A program made the translations under genes and the position numbers. A stretch of 64,000 bases of DNA from Chiloscyllium plagiosum (taxonomy: Eukaryota): the NCBI RefSeq assembly GCF_004010195.1, contig NC_057752.1:6690811-6754810 (forward strand), written 5' to 3'. Positions 63,748 through 64,000 of the stretch are shown piece after piece (the first letter of the stretch is position 1; every line of letters starts with the position of its first letter). The notes beneath the pieces were generated by a model, which did not search any database, had not been told where the DNA came from, and was given only the letters and a program-made list of their open reading frames with translations.

Positions 63748-63951
63748 GAGACACAAATACTGCACATGCTGGAATCCAAAGTAGACAGGCAGGCGGCTGG
63801 AAGAATGCAACGAGCCAGTAAGCATCCGGAGGTAGCGAAGTCGACGTTTCAGATGTAACCCTTCTTGAAAGAAGGGTAACACCCAAAACATTGACTTCAT
63901 TACCTCCTGATGCTGCCTGGCTTGCTGTGTTCTTCCAACTTTATGCCTGTC
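63748..63951. mobile_element. Palindromic PLE-derived mini-element
   Basis: Inverted arms around ~63868; 14-bp TSD AGCTTTAAATGTAA (63734-63747, 63952-63965); same family as the ends of 1300-2355. Confidence 0.82.
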
Positions 63952-64000
63952 AGCTTTAAATGTAAATAATAAATTGTAGATGTGGAGAATAATGGGGAAG

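Overview
Repeat-dense vertebrate genomic DNA, almost certainly from an elasmobranch (shark/ray), judged from HE1-type V-SINEs, SacSINE1-like DeuSINEs and abundant CR1 LINEs. The only host gene supported is an Ikaros-family zinc-finger gene best matching IKZF4 (Eos) on the + strand. Three internal coding exons are visible (40226-40330, 58422-58682, 62818-62985; all phase 1-1, GT-AG). The start-codon exon was not found, and the 3' exons lie beyond the window. The rest is mostly decayed and nested transposons: many CR1 LINEs, CR1-superfamily/L2/RTE fragments, Gypsy relics, a nested non-autonomous LTR element, a solo LTR and Penelope-like elements (PLEs), one spanning a 636-N assembly gap. Four observations stand out. 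(1) Many PLE-derived termini carry minimal hammerhead-ribozyme-like motifs, including a tandem pair in sense orientation inside an IKZF4 intron. (2) The same polyA-tailed retroelement is inserted twice, with different truncation points, at the homologous site of two Gypsy LTRs, suggesting target specificity. (3) There is a candidate 16-nt frameshifting microexon or alternative first exon in IKZF4. (4) A locally templated ~125-bp insertion carries a 15-bp flanking duplication. TE boundaries are approximate, and family assignments come from motif recognition, not database searches.
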